Of a stretch of DNA of 64,000 nt, positions 28,781 to 41,890 are shown piece by piece (position 1 is the first letter of the stretch; the number at the start of each line of letters is the position of its first letter). The notes beneath the pieces were generated by a model that saw nothing but the letters and a program-made list of their open reading frames with translations, did not search any database and was not told where the DNA came from. Source of the stretch: the human T2T-CHM13v2.0 reference genome, Homo sapiens; assembly GCF_009914755.1 (NCBI RefSeq), contig NC_060937.1. One strand, written 5' to 3'. Made by a program: the position numbers and the translations under genes.

Positions 28781-29152
28781 TACCGGGCAAGCATGTTTTC
28801 TGATTTATATCCAGGGTAGCCAGGTCTCATAAGAAAAGAAGATTTCCAAGCACAGGAAGAATGTATAAAAGGGGTTGTGTCGCCAGAAAGCATGACATAT
28901 GATTTCTGCTTAAATTCACATGATTTTACCTAGGTTTTCTTTGAGGCTGTCAATGACACATTCTTTCACTTCCTGGTGGTGCATTTTTTTGTTTGTTTTT
29001 TGTTTTTGTTTTGTGTTTTTTTTTGCAATATTAACTTCATAGTACATTTTCACTTTTAATTTTACTTTATTTTCACTTTTCCTTCATTTTGTTACTTTTT
29101 AGTCTTCTTCAATTCCTCCCTCCAGTATGCTTTCAAAAGTGCTATTTCTCTG

Positions 29153-29452
29153 TTGGTTAAAGGGCATGAGGTTTTCATTGAACAAGATGAATTAGTCTGG
29201 AGGTGTCTTGTACAGCATGATGACTATAGCTAATAATAATGCAATAAATACTTAAAATTTGCTAAGAGATTAGATCTTAATCATTCTCAGCAGACACACA
29301 AAATAATGGTAGGTATGTAAGATGATGGATATGTTAATTAACTTGATTAAATCATTTCTCATTCTGAAATGATTAAATGAAAACATCACATTGTATACTG
29401 TAAATATATACATTTTTACTTTTTACTTATAGCTTTCCAAAGCTGGGGAAAT
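29153..29452 (+). mobile_element. L1MA/L1MB 3' end
   Basis: tgtacagcatgatgactatagctaataataatg...aaatttgctaagaga...aaagctggggaaa. Confidence 0.85.
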
Positions 29453-31499
29453 AATGCTATCTTTCTATTAAAGTTTATTTTCTAGAAGCTGCATCTCTTT
29501 TTTCTTTTCTTTATCTGCCCTCTGCCCCATATCAGAAGTCCCAAACTCTCTTTTTATCACAGATTGTAAAGAGTCCATGTGATGTTGCGTTTTATAACTT
29601 TAGAATCAATAGCGTCAAACACCATACAAATGACCTCTGCATATCAAGATGGAAGTGGTCACAGTAGATGAGACAGTAATAGATAAGACCCTGACAACTA
29701 AAATTAGGTTTAATTTAAGAAGAAACAAGCATGAGTGAAAGCAGAACAAAAAATATTTGATCTTATATTATTCTTCAATCCAAGCACGTCTAGCATTGAA
29801 AAAGTGCTTGAGATCAATGTAACACTTTATAAAATAATTACATCTTTCTTCAAAGACAAAATACTATTATTTGCGAACATTGCCAAAGTGTATCTTTATT
29901 AGAGACCTTCATAACTTTCTGTACAGGGCATAAATGTAACCATATTGAATATTTTGTTCTAAATGGCTTATATATGTTCAGCTTCATTATTCTCAAGGTC
30001 AAATGTGATAGGATTTCCTTTATGCTTTCTTGAAACTAGAGTATATATAATTTTTAATATCTATTTTGATGGTGAACTTTGGAGAAATAGATTTTTTAAA
30101 TTACCATTTTCTGGAAAGGAAGAGTGTAAAATGAATAAAAATTATTTCAGTGAATTGCTTCTATTATTGAATATCGTTAGAGTCTACTAGTGAATCTGAA
30201 ATTGTATTTTACGGGGTTTGAGCTTTCTAATTTTAAAGATAAGAAATTATATTTTAAAGTGTCTTTTGCAAATGTCTGAGCATAGTTTCAATTCTGAAGG
30301 GAAATGTGGGTAATCATACAATTTATTAAGGAGAAAAATAAAGCAACAAAAAATTAAAAACCTGCACTTTACAGAAAACTGGGATCAGGAAAACAAAAAC
30401 AAAAAACTACACAAGCAATAAATAGTGTTTATATGTTACTAAAAGCATAGACCTGAATCCACCTTGAGTAGACACATGAGAATGTGTCACAGAAATGGAC
30501 AGGAACTGTGCAAGAAGCCTAGAAACCAGGAGCTCAGAAATCACTAAGGATACAGTAACACCCAACCCAATGGAATGCAAAATATAAAATTACATATAAG
30601 GTTGAGTTTCATTACTGTGAGATTAAAAACATGACTGAGATCGGAATACACAGTGGCTAGTTGAGTGTTACAAAGCCTGGCCAAGCAATGCGAATCCAGT
30701 CTGGTTCAGGTGGTTTTCAGACTCATGCAATGGCAAGTGTCTATTCTGTTTAAAATATTGATGGGAAAAAATCCAGAATATCAATTATCTCAAATCTTTC
30801 TAGTTAGTTGATACCCATTTTGTATAGCTAAATTGGAAAATAAAACTAGCACAGAAAAACACTGGGACTGTGGCTACATACTCTTCACCTCCCACATTTT
30901 CTGACTGTCAATGTCAATATTCTGTATGTCCTCCACGTTTATCTTCCTTCTCACCTGAAAGGAAAGCAAATGTTATTGTGCTTTGAATTCAGAATAGAGT
31001 TGCACAGAGAAAGGAGCTAATACTCATCACATTTTTTATAATTCACGTTACCAGTGCATATTACTGCAAGGTTTTATCATATTGCTCCCAGAAGGAGAGG
31101 ATTTCACAGAAAGATGACCATCCAAATAGAACTAATATCGAAGAGAGTTAAATTTCTAGGAAAGCAGAGGGAGAAGTGTTGGAAAGTAGGATGAAGTTTA
31201 TTTCCCAGAAGTAGCATATTTGAGGAGTTTTAGCAAATAGAATTATTATAAGTGAAGACATATCTTGCAAGTCAAAAATTATGAGATATAGAAAGGCTAC
31301 AACTGATGTTACAAGATCCCTTTCAAAAGATCTCTGAGCAACAAATGTGCTGTGTTTTTAAGATTTTTGCAGAAACATAAAGGAAATCCGTAACCTGGGA
31401 AGCTTGGAAAACCACCCTGGATCACTCCTACCACTGCTTCCCTGGAATCTAAAATGTACTGAATGTAAATATAACTATCAAAAATAAGGAACAAAGTGT

Positions 31500-33900
31500 C
31501 TACATGTAAAGATGGGATAAGGAAGAGGATGAGAAAAGTAACATTGTTTCACACAGTTGATGAAAAGTGTAATCTAATATTCCAACATGAACTAAAAATT
31601 TTAATGAAGTATTTGTTTAAGAAAGATGATAAGAACAAAAACAAAAACAACACAGGAATGCATGAATGCAGAGACAAGATGTGCGACAAGACTACAACGT
31701 TATATTGGAACTATCCAAAACATGAGAAAGGTATGAAAGGAGCAAACTTCACAATAAGTAAAAAAGTACATCAAAATACATTGATTGAAAACTGTAACTA
31801 GGTCAAAAAATTAATGTTAAAATTACATTCTATATATACTAAAAGAAAATATGGGTGAATACGTGTATAACCTTGAAGCAGGAACATCTTTACAGTAGCG
31901 AGTGATTGACATTCCAGAAATCATAAGAGAACACACTAATAAATCAAAAACATCTGCAGAAGAATTCTAAACAAAAGCAAAACAAATTAAGAGTAATGGC
32001 ATATCCTTCATATTAGGGGATAGAAAAACTCGCCGGTGCATGGAAAAAGTGAATGGCTGTGGTAGCTTCAAACTGCTGCTGCCATCCTCAGAGAGAAAGG
32101 AGCAACCCAGGCTTGAGTGGGGCTCTAGGGAAGAGGTAGAAGGTACAGTGTGACCTGAGAGCTGCTGCCAGGGAACCTAGACTATCTAAAAACTCATTAT
32201 TGGATTGGAAGAGACCCATGGCAAAGAAACCAACAACACATGGTTATCTTCTTTACAATCTTAGAGGCAAATTTTTACTAAATAAGTTCCAAACTGCATC
32301 TAACTGAAATAGCTAAACTACCTTTCAGTCCTGGAAGCTATGTCTCAGGTAAAACACAGATTTAAATTTTACAACAAAGGATATCCAAATTCATATCGCA
32401 CAAAAATTAATATCCTTAATATATAAAGAGCTATGGAGAAGTGAAAAACCAACAACCCTGTAAAAATGGGCTAATGATATATGTAAAAAGATCAGAGAAA
32501 AAGACGTGTAAATAGCTCTTTAATATATGAAAACCTGCTCAAATTGGCTTCTAAATTTTAAGTGAAAAACACAGAATACTATTTTTTTCACTTACTAGAT
32601 TTATAAAAATCTAAAAATGTGACCACATGTTCTTCAGAAAGGTTTCAGGAAGTAAGTTCATTCACAGCTCATAATGATTTTAAAAAGTCACTATAATAGA
32701 GGCAAATTTGGAAATATCTTAAAATTTACCATCAGACATAGCAACCCCAATTCTTAGAATTTATACCAAAACCATTGTGCAAATAAGGGCACAAAGCTAT
32801 TCACTGCAGCAATACCTATAATCACAATAGAAGTGAAATAATTCAAATATCCATCAGGGGAGCTGATGGGTGAAATCACAGTGTGTATTAGTCCATTCTC
32901 ACTATGGACTGCTATAAAAACATACTTCAGACTGGGTAATTTATAAAGAAAAGAGGTTTAATTGGCTCATGGTTCTGTGGGATATACAGGCTTCTGCTTC
33001 TGGGGAGGCCACGGGAAACTTACAATCATAGCAGAAGGCAAAGGTGAAACAAGCACATATTCACATGGCCAGCAGGAGAGAGAAGATGAAGGGGGAAGTT
33101 CTACACACCTTAGAACAACTAGATCTCGTGAGAACTCAGTCACTATCACGAGAAGAGCAAGGGGGATATCCACCCCCATGATCCAATCACCTCCCACCGA
33201 ATCCCTCCTCCAACACTGCGGATTACAATTCTATGTGAGATCTGGGTGCAGACACAGAACCAAACCATATCACACTATATCTACAAAATGCAATGATTTT
33301 GTCTAAGAAGTGAAATTCACAAAGATAAAACTTCATGAGGCAGGAATAAGGGAATTGTGACTTCAAAATGACTGTTATGAATAAAAAAATAAATGTTTAA
33401 GCATACAAGAAAAATTTTCCACATGCATATCTATTTGTGAATATAATAGACATTTACATCTTCAACATTTCCAAACACAAGTTAAGTGTTAAATCCAAAG
33501 ATTGGTCTTATAAGTAACTTTTCGTTGTTGCTTTTTATATCTCAGTACAAAAATGTATCCATAAATCATTAATATATATAATTTAAGAGTGTTGGAGCAT
33601 AGCATTGGGAATACTATCAACTGGGACTGATATGTTAAAAGAAAGGTAAAGAAAAGCCAGGGCTTTTTTCATTCCTCCAACCCAGTGTGTGGAATATGTC
33701 TAACTCATTCATACATTTAGACTCCACATCAACTATCATTCCAATGCTATACAAAAGTGAATATCTGTTGTTTGACAAAGTAATAACCAAAAAAATCAAA
33801 ATTATTTTTTCTAAGCATTTCATTCAAAATAACTGAGTGTATTCTCTGTTTATACAAAACTGGGAATAACAAGAGAAAATCACTAGCAAAAATATTTGTT
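31500..33900 (+). mobile_element. Ancient L1ME-type 3' region, fragmented, with nested LTRs
   Basis: aaagaaaatatgggtgaatac, aaaccaacaaccctgtaaaaatgggc, gcaaccccaattcttagaatttatacc; a possible old MLT1 lies at 32040-32320. Confidence 0.5.
32884..33272 (-). mobile_element. MSTA MaLR solo LTR
   Basis: tgtattagtccattctcact...ctgggtaatttataaagaaaagaggtttaattggctca...ccaaaccatatca. Confidence 0.92.
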
Positions 33901-34039
33901 ATTAATAAATCTCTATAAACCTTGCCATGCAAATAAATTTTGTTACTTGATATGTTTTATTTATATTTAAAACATTTTAATTTATATATAATATATCTAT
34001 GGTACATTATTCTTTGTTGTTCATACCATCATGGAGGCA

Positions 34040-34430
34040 AAATATAAATTCCTCTTCTACTAACTTCAGACTGGCCCTGTTATGGATTATGGTCAATATC
34101 AGCAAACTTGGTTACACAATGTTCAAGCAGAGGCTGTAGGTATTATATGTTTATGCCAGCTCTTACTCTTCTGCTTTACTGCGGAATGTTTATCTAATGC
34201 ACAGGTGCTGCTTCTTTATCCTGTGTTCTGGAACAAAGGCATATGTCAATCAACTCAATAATGGAGCAAAGCTGCAGCCTGTAACAATCTTAGCCTGAAG
34301 CCCAGCCATTGCCTAGAGGAAAGTTGCAGCCAACACATAACTACATACTGCATGACTGATAATTAAATACTTATTTTAAGCCACCATAATTGTAGGATTC
34401 TTCTCTATTATAGTAAAGCTGAGTAATACT
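34040..34430 (+). mobile_element. Old MLT1 (H/I/J-like) LTR
   Basis: gcctgaagcccagccattgcc...taaatacttattttaagccacc...gctgagtaatac. Confidence 0.55.
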
Positions 34431-35969
34431 ATAATTGCCTTTCATTAAAATAACCCCATTAAATACTCTTCACTATTTTTGAAAATGCTTTCAATTTTAG
34501 TCTTATTTTGCCATAATTATAAGCATATACATATTCTTATGAATAATTTCATCCATTTACCTTAAATTTGGAACACAGACTTCATAAGTATCAGTAAGTA
34601 TTAATTTCTGATATGTAGGGACTGTCTTTTCTGCATGGGGTTTTTTACTCTCTTCTTAATTATATTATTTGGAAAATAAAACAATAGTCATAATAACAGT
34701 TTTGTACACTGAAAAAATACAGACATCGCATTAAATAATAAATAAGATATCAACTAATTAATAAATTCAATCAAGTACACTTAACCACCATGCAAACCTT
34801 GAACTGACAAAGTTTATTAATGTTTCTAAAGGAACACAGTCAACTAGAAGAGCATATTTGTATTTGGTTTTATTGGTATGAAATTGATTTACAGAAGAGA
34901 ATTACTAGTGAATATACTTTCAAATTTTGCCTAGAGAGAAAAAACACTGTACCTGATGGGTGTTTAGTATTTTATTCAATAACTTAATCCATGTTTGTTT
35001 TGAAATCAAACATATTATGTCACTGTAGCTCAAAACTATTAAACATTTAATTGATCTAATTTACCTATCAATGGCTCTGATTACCACATATGCACAATGT
35101 CACTTGGGCAAAATAATTGGAATCTCATGCAGGTCTACTTAGAGGTAGGGAATTCACCGTACATGTGTATTCTGGTCCTTGTCTCAGTTATTGACTGTTT
35201 TCTGGGTTTTTTTTTTAAACAAAATAAAACTGATCTTGGTTAACATGAATTTTTTCTCTCATGAACAGTGCTATTCTCTGAGATCAATAAACTCAGTAAC
35301 ACAATTATCGACTTTATTGAGGGTCTTGAACAAAACACACAAATGCACCAAGATATTGCCATATACTCTGAATGTACCCGGACATAGCCTGTTGGACTTT
35401 CCTTTTTGGCATATCTCTACAGTTTCCATCTGCTACAATTCCCATCTTTTTTGTCACTGGGAAGATGTTTTTAATCATCCAAGTCATATCATGCAGGGAA
35501 ACCTGCTGGAAAGAATCAATAGATATGCACTTTTCTGTGATCTTAAATGTTGTTTAGTAGTAGCGAAACACTTTAAGGTTTGAATTCAGATGGTAAGCAA
35601 TCATTCGGGAATTATCTTTAAAATTGTTGTCCATATAAACCAATTTGTTCTCTTATTTTCCACAATATCTATCCCTAGATTTAAGAGTTCTTCCTACTTT
35701 TACTCAACATAGAAAAGTGATAGCATAAGTGTCACATTTACCTGATGATCTGCAATTTGGATTTTAGTTGGGTTATTTTTAATTACCTTCAGGATCCATG
35801 AAAACACCGAACATGAAAGAGTCATCACTCTACAAATATTTATTACTCATTAAAAGTATTTACTATGCATGCTCTACCAAGTATCCACACTGAACAGATG
35901 CCATCACAGGCACTGTTGATAAATTAATCTGAGAAGCAAAATGGGCTGAACTACAGTGAAGTTTAAGTT

Positions 35970-36175
35970 AAATGGGTTCCAGAAATGGAAAGACCTGTCT
36001 GGAATCCTGGCTCTGACATGCAATAGCTTTCTAAATTTGTAAGACACATCAACTTTCCAGGTTTTCCTTTCTTGTTCAAATAATGGGGCACTAATTTTCT
36101 CTAATCATGAGAATTCAGATTTTAAAATGTGTTTGAAGTCCTAGTACATAATAGCTGTTTAATAATTTTAGAAAG
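35970..36175 (+). mobile_element. MIR SINE
   Basis: agacctgtctggaatcctggctctgac...aataatggggcactaat. Confidence 0.55.
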
Positions 36176-37582
36176 CACTTATTATTGAAACAAAAATATC
36201 TCCTGCCTCCTTATTGTATATATTTGCAAAAGCAGTGTGTGTGTGCATGTGTGTATGTGTCAGTGTATATGTGTACACAAAAGACATTTAAATCTTTAAA
36301 CAAGAAAACAAGAGACTTCAGTGCCATAAATATCCAGGAAAGAAATCTAAAATTAAAGAATGACATAGTTAATGAAAATCCAGGAAGTACAGTTTTACAG
36401 TATAGAAAGACATGACTTTCAGATGGAGTTGTATGACTGGTAACTGTCAGTTCCAGTTTTAATAAGATGGCTATTTTATACAGCTATTGATTTGGAAATA
36501 ATGTGAAAGTATTAGGTAAGAATAGCTTCCTGAATTATCTTAGATGATCAGCTCCAATTTCCCTGCTCTGTCCTTATGATATTGAGGAACACCACTGATT
36601 TTTAAGTGTGGTAAGCCATGAGAGAAGTCATGACTTCAGAACAAAATATACACCTACATCGTTGCCCAGAGGATGATTTCTACTGGTAGCATGATTTACC
36701 TCACTGTTTTTTGAATGTTCTCAGCTTCCTTAGAGGTCATGCCTTCAGGCCCATATGATTCATCTGATAAATGTCTGAAGAAAACGTATGAGGCAGGGAG
36801 TGATAAAAGGCATCTGAAATACTTATATTACTCACCAATATCATGCATTTTTAAGTGTTTAAATACCTCTAGCAATCAAATATGCTTCTTTTTCTCCTTG
36901 AAAGAGCATTGCAAGACTAGTGAGACAAGTTTCACTTTGGCTTTTTATGGTAAAAGACAACAAAGACACACATGATTAAGTAGATCTTCCAGCTTTACAC
37001 ATTTTATACTAGCAAGAACAAGGGTGAGATCCTAGATCTCCTGCTGCCTGGGTTAAAACAGCAGGTTAAAGGCCTTTCTCTGCAGGTGGAAATTAATTGT
37101 ATTGCTCCTAAAGAAGAGGCTCCTGAGAGAGTGCCTGAAAGGCTGGCAAAAAGCTCAATTCCCACATCCCATTTTCACTCTACCGTGAGGCAGATCCCCT
37201 TGGGCCCAGGACAGCATACTGTTCACATTTTGAAACTTCCTTCACTATTATTATAACCAGAAAGCATTTATGACTGAATTATACACTTTAAGAGATCAGG
37301 GTTTTTTTTATGTTTTGTTTTTGTTTTTGTTTTTGTTTTTTACTTTAGAAACTGTTATTATTCTTAGCTGATACCTGCATTTTCTTCCAAAAGGAAACCC
37401 ATAACTTCAAATGCAGAGTCAGCCCAGGAAATCATAACTACTCTGATATTTCTGAAGGTACTTATTTTTCTTTTTTAATAACTCTGCCACCTCCAAACAA
37501 GCTGTAGGAAAACACACACACAACTTAAGCTCTTTCATTCATGTGTGTGTGTTTGTTTGTTTGTGTGTCTGGGTATGATTGT

Positions 37583-37815
37583 GTTTTGTTTTGTTTTGTT
37601 TTGCTTGAGACAGGCTCTCTCTCTGTTGCCCAGGTTGTAGTGCAGTGGACAATCGTACCTCACTGCAGCCTTGAATTCCTGGGCTCAAGCAATCCTCTTA
37701 CATCATCCTCTGAAGTAGCTGAAACTACAGATGCATACCACCGTGCCCTGTAACTTTTTTTTTTTTTTAAATTTTTGGTAAAGACAGGATATCACTATGT
37801 TGCCAAAACTTGTCT
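37583..37815 (-). mobile_element. AluJ, 5'-truncated
   Basis: gagacaggctctc...ctcactgcagccttgaattcctgggctcaagcaatcctc (J diagnostics); (TTTTG)n tail. Confidence 0.9.
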
Positions 37816-38165
37816 CTATCTTAAACATTATTTGTAACTTACCATGGGTCAAAGAATATTTTTACATATTATTTGTGTATTATTTCCAACGTATAGATTC
37901 AATAAAACATGATTTATTGCAATACTATCATATGAATAATTTTGACGGAGAAAATCAATTCAAACTTTGGTAAGGTTTTCTTTTTTTTTTTCACCACTAC
38001 CTAATTTTTCTCCTTTTAGTAACTTAAGGGAATGTAAATTTCAGAATGTAAAAAATGGATTTGGGGAGATCATGTTTGATTAATATATGGATGAATATAA
38101 AAGATTTTCATTTTCTGCGAGATAACAAGAAATCATTTAATTAACCAAAAAAACACTTTTCTTTC

Positions 38166-38466
38166 TTTTTTTTGGAAATTGAAAAGCTTTATTGATTTTC
38201 CATTTCAATATATTTTTATATTTATTTATTTATTTTATTATACTTTAAGTTCTAGGTACATGTGCACAACGTGCAGGTTTGTTACATATGTATACATGTG
38301 CCATGTTGGTGTGCTGCACCCGTTAACTCACCATTTACATTAGGTATATCGCCTAATGCTATTCCTCCTCCCTTCCCCCACAACAGGCCCCAGTGTGTGA
38401 TGTTCCCCACCCTGTGTCCAAGTGTTTTCATTTTTCAATTCCCACCTATGAGTGAGAACATGTGGT
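38166..38466 (-). mobile_element. Short 5'-truncated L1PA (PA4/5-like) with an extra 3' segment and 16-bp TSD
   Basis: ttattatactttaagttctag...gagaacatgtggt; TSD aaaacacttttctttc (38150-38165) / aaaacacttttatttc (38467-38482). Confidence 0.92.
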
Positions 38467-38611
38467 AAAACACTTTTATTTCAAGTTAGTGAAGAATAGA
38501 GGATACAAGAAAATTTGTGAAAAACAAACTCCAAACTCCAGATGATTAACACTTCCTAGGTAAGCAAGCGATGGGAAGCTTTCATATTTTATAGATAGAT
38601 AGATATAATTT

Positions 38612-38945
38612 AGTTTTTTTAATTTTATTTTATTTGATAAATAATACATAATTTTATATATCTACGGGGTACCATGTGGTGTTTTGATACATGTATACAT
38701 TAAGGAAATGATCAAGTCAGGCTAATTAACATATCCATTATCTCAAAAATTTATCATTTCTTTGTGGTAAAAACTGTTAAAATCTCTTTTGGTTGTTTTG
38801 AAATAGTTAATACATTATTATTAACTGTACTCACCATGCTGTGCAACAGATCATCAAAAGGTATTCCCCCTATCTAACCAAACCATTGTCCCTTTCACGG
38901 AAGGTTTCCTTCCCCCATCCACTCTGCCCCTCACCAGCCTCTGCC
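38612..38945 (-). mobile_element. L1MA-type 3' end
   Basis: ggggtaccatgtggtgttttgatacatgtatacat...caccatgctgtgcaacagatc. Confidence 0.85.
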
Positions 38946-38984
38946 AGGGACTGTTTGTAACTGGGCTAGCAAAAGAGCAAGCTC

Positions 38985-39056
38985 AACAAAAATTTAAAAA
39001 GGAAAAAACAAAAACAAAACAAAAAACAAAACAAAACAAAACAAAAAAAACAAGAA
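38985..39056. repeat. (CAAAA)n A-rich repeat
   Basis: Seen directly. Confidence 0.85.
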
Positions 39057-39148
39057 AGGACAATGCTAAGACCACAAGAACTAGCCAAACTTTTGATAAT
39101 TGGATGGGCTGATGTCATATTTGATATTTGATTCTGAAGGAACTCCAC

Positions 39149-41033
39149 TTATGGCGGTGGCTCCCTGTATGGAATGGTCACTGCGAGGACGCCAGTTGCA
39201 GCGGAAGAGATGCAGCCGGGGCTATGTGCTCCGCGGAGCAGGTGTGGCATGGGAAGAGGCAATCCCAGCTGGAGCCACGTGCCCTACCGAGTTGGCAGGG
39301 TGGGAGCCCGTGCTCCTGGGAACAGCTGCACCCGCCCAGTCGTGACTCTGGGCTCAGGCATCCCTGCGCTCTTGGGGGCCTGGGAAACCTCCTGCCTCCA
39401 CAGGCTCAAAAGTGCCTGCTCCCGCTCCCTGGCCACTCCCTGCTCCCAACTCCCACTTAGGTGTGAAGCAACGTTGTAGCCAAGCCCAGGCGCTGTCGCG
39501 ACCCGGCTGGGTGTGCGCATGCTTGAGGTGGCGCTGAAATTCCAGACCCCCAAACGCCCACCTCCTCAGCCCCATCTGAAATTATGTACACCAGTGAGCT
39601 CAGGGAGGGAGGCAGGGGGCTCTGTGGGCAGCTCAGTGTGGGCTTGCAGGGGCCCCTCAGCGCGGACAGCCTGGACGCTATGGTCGTCATATTGATGGCT
39701 GCAGGATGCTGACAGGTTCCTAGGCAGGAAAGGACAGGTCCGTGGTGAAGCTTCACCTTCAAGCTTGGCCTGAAGCCTGGGGACCTGGCTGGCACTTCAG
39801 GGTGGCGTCTGCAACCTGGAGTGAGAAATTCCTTGATGCTCTTCAGACAATGGTATGGTGATTTGTCCCGGCCCACCCATGGACCAATCAGCATGCCCTT
39901 CCTCTATTCTGAGCCCTCAAAACCCAGACTCAGCCAGACTTGGACACTTGTTGGGACTACCTGCCTGCGGGTAGGAACTACCTACCTCAGGTCTCCTTTA
40001 CACTCATCAGGATGACCTGCCTGTGGATAGGAGCTACCCACTTCGGGTCTCCTCTCCACTGATAGCTGTTCTGTCACTCAATAAAGCTCCTCTCTGCCTT
40101 GCTCACTCTCCAGTTGTCCACGTAACCTCATTCTTTCACTATGTGGGACAAGAACTCGGGACCCACCAAACAGTGAAAGCGAATGGAGCTGTGACATGTT
40201 CTTGGACGGCTCGCTGAGCTGCGGGCAGTTACACAGGCGGTGATACACTCCCAGACTGTGGGATTGTAGAGTAGCAACCCTTCTCGGGCTCAGACCTTGG
40301 AATTCCCCAACCCAGAGCTGCTGTAACACAATAGCCCTTTCGCCTTCCACCGGGGCCAGGTGGCCACCCCATGCAACAGAAAGCAGTGGTGGGCCCGGCC
40401 AGCCCAGGAGCCATGGGCCAGAGCTGGGCAGAAGGACTGAAAGAGCGGTAGCACAAACGGCTGAAACTCACCTCCCTGAAACATGACCCTCCTTCCCCAC
40501 AACTTGCTGTGCTGCGGGCAACGAGGGGAGAAGACTGCGACCCTTCTGGGAGCCCAGATCTCGAGGTACCCTGAGCCAGGGCTGTGACCTGCTTTAACTC
40601 CCTTTTTGGGAATCTGTGTTTCCTGGTGTCTCCAGGCTTTTGGGTGCTACCATGTTCCCCTCAACTGGATGCTGGTGCCCACGGCAGATGCTGCTTGTAG
40701 TACATCTAGTCCAGCCGCAGCCTTGCACAGAGCCAGCGCCTGTGCCAGCGCCTGTGCCAGCACCTGGAACTGCCCACCCCACTGCAGCTGCCAGTGTGCC
40801 TGGCTGTATGCAGTGGCTGGAACCCACGCTTACTAGCTCACACACCCCTCATTCTCCACTCCTCGTTTACTCTTGGCTGGTGTGGGATCCAGGCGGGTAG
40901 AGTGAGCCAGGCACAGCCTGCCAAGCCAGGTGGGCAGAACAAGCCCAGTGAGCAAGAGCAAAACTCAAGCAGAAGTGCTGCCGGCCGCAGGCGTTTCCAG
41001 CGGGTGAAGTGATACCCTAAGGATCCTGTGACA
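39149..41033 (+). mobile_element. MER52-family ERV1 solo LTR, ~1.9 kb, GC-rich
   Basis: Starts ttatggcggtggc...gaggacgccagttgcagcgg, ends aggatcctgtgaca; ggaccaatcagc CCAAT box near 39884; AATAAA at 40080. Confidence 0.88.
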
Positions 41034-41544
41034 GTATCCTCCATCCAGTAATTTTCTCTTATTTTGTTGAGTAAGCAGAGGAAATGAGCTAAACTGGAAA
41101 GCAGAAAGAAATTTGTGCTGTATAAGGAGTTAGAAACAATATCATACATCATATTTATTATATCATATGTCATATGGGTATAAATACATGCACATACACA
41201 CATATATGTATTTGATCTTTTCAGGTCTTTGCTTTAAGGTAGATTCGTTGTACTGCAAGGTAGGAAATTGCCCTGCATTTTTAATTTTCCGGAAAGGTAT
41301 CCCTAAAACTGGATTATAATGATTATTTTTATAAATATTTTGGTGGATTCACTGCTGAAGACATTTGTGTTTAGAGTTCTCTCTTTGAAGTAATTATACT
41401 TAAATACTTAAATTGCTTTCACATATTTAGGATTATTATTTTTCCATTATGTTGTAAGTGTTTTGGTTACATTTTTAAAAATAATTTGTCCTTTTAATCT
41501 AAATTTTAAAATATATCAGCATAGTTTCCTTAGTAACACCTTCT

Positions 41545-41890
41545 TATTTATTTTTATCTTATTGTGGTTAAGAACACAACATGATTTATACATTCATAAT
41601 AGATTTTGTAAGCATACAATGCTGTTAACTGTAGGCATGATGTACAGCAGATCTTTAGAAATTATGCATTCTGCATTGCTGCAATCCTATACCTGTTGAT
41701 TACCAACTCCATTCCCTCCTCCACTGCGCTCCTGGAAATCACCATTCCGCATTCTCCTTCTATGAGAAAGATACCTCATGGAAGGGAAATCATGCAGTAT
41801 TTGCCCTTCTCTAACTGGCTTATTTCACTTCCCATCATATACTCAAAATTCATCCATGTTTTAGCAAGTTGCAGAATTTTCTTCTTCTAT
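41545..41890 (-). mobile_element. L1MA/L1MB 3' end
   Basis: gtggttaagaacacaacatga...gtacagcagatctttagaa...atcatgcagtatttg. Confidence 0.8.

Noticed and set aside
35179-35583. 134-aa ORF in non-repeat DNA
   Set aside because: TTG start, no recognisable domain and AT-biased composition; consistent with chance
39100-41203. Dense cluster of overlapping ORFs
   Set aside because: All overlap the GC-rich MER52 LTR, where stop codons are scarce; no domain similarity
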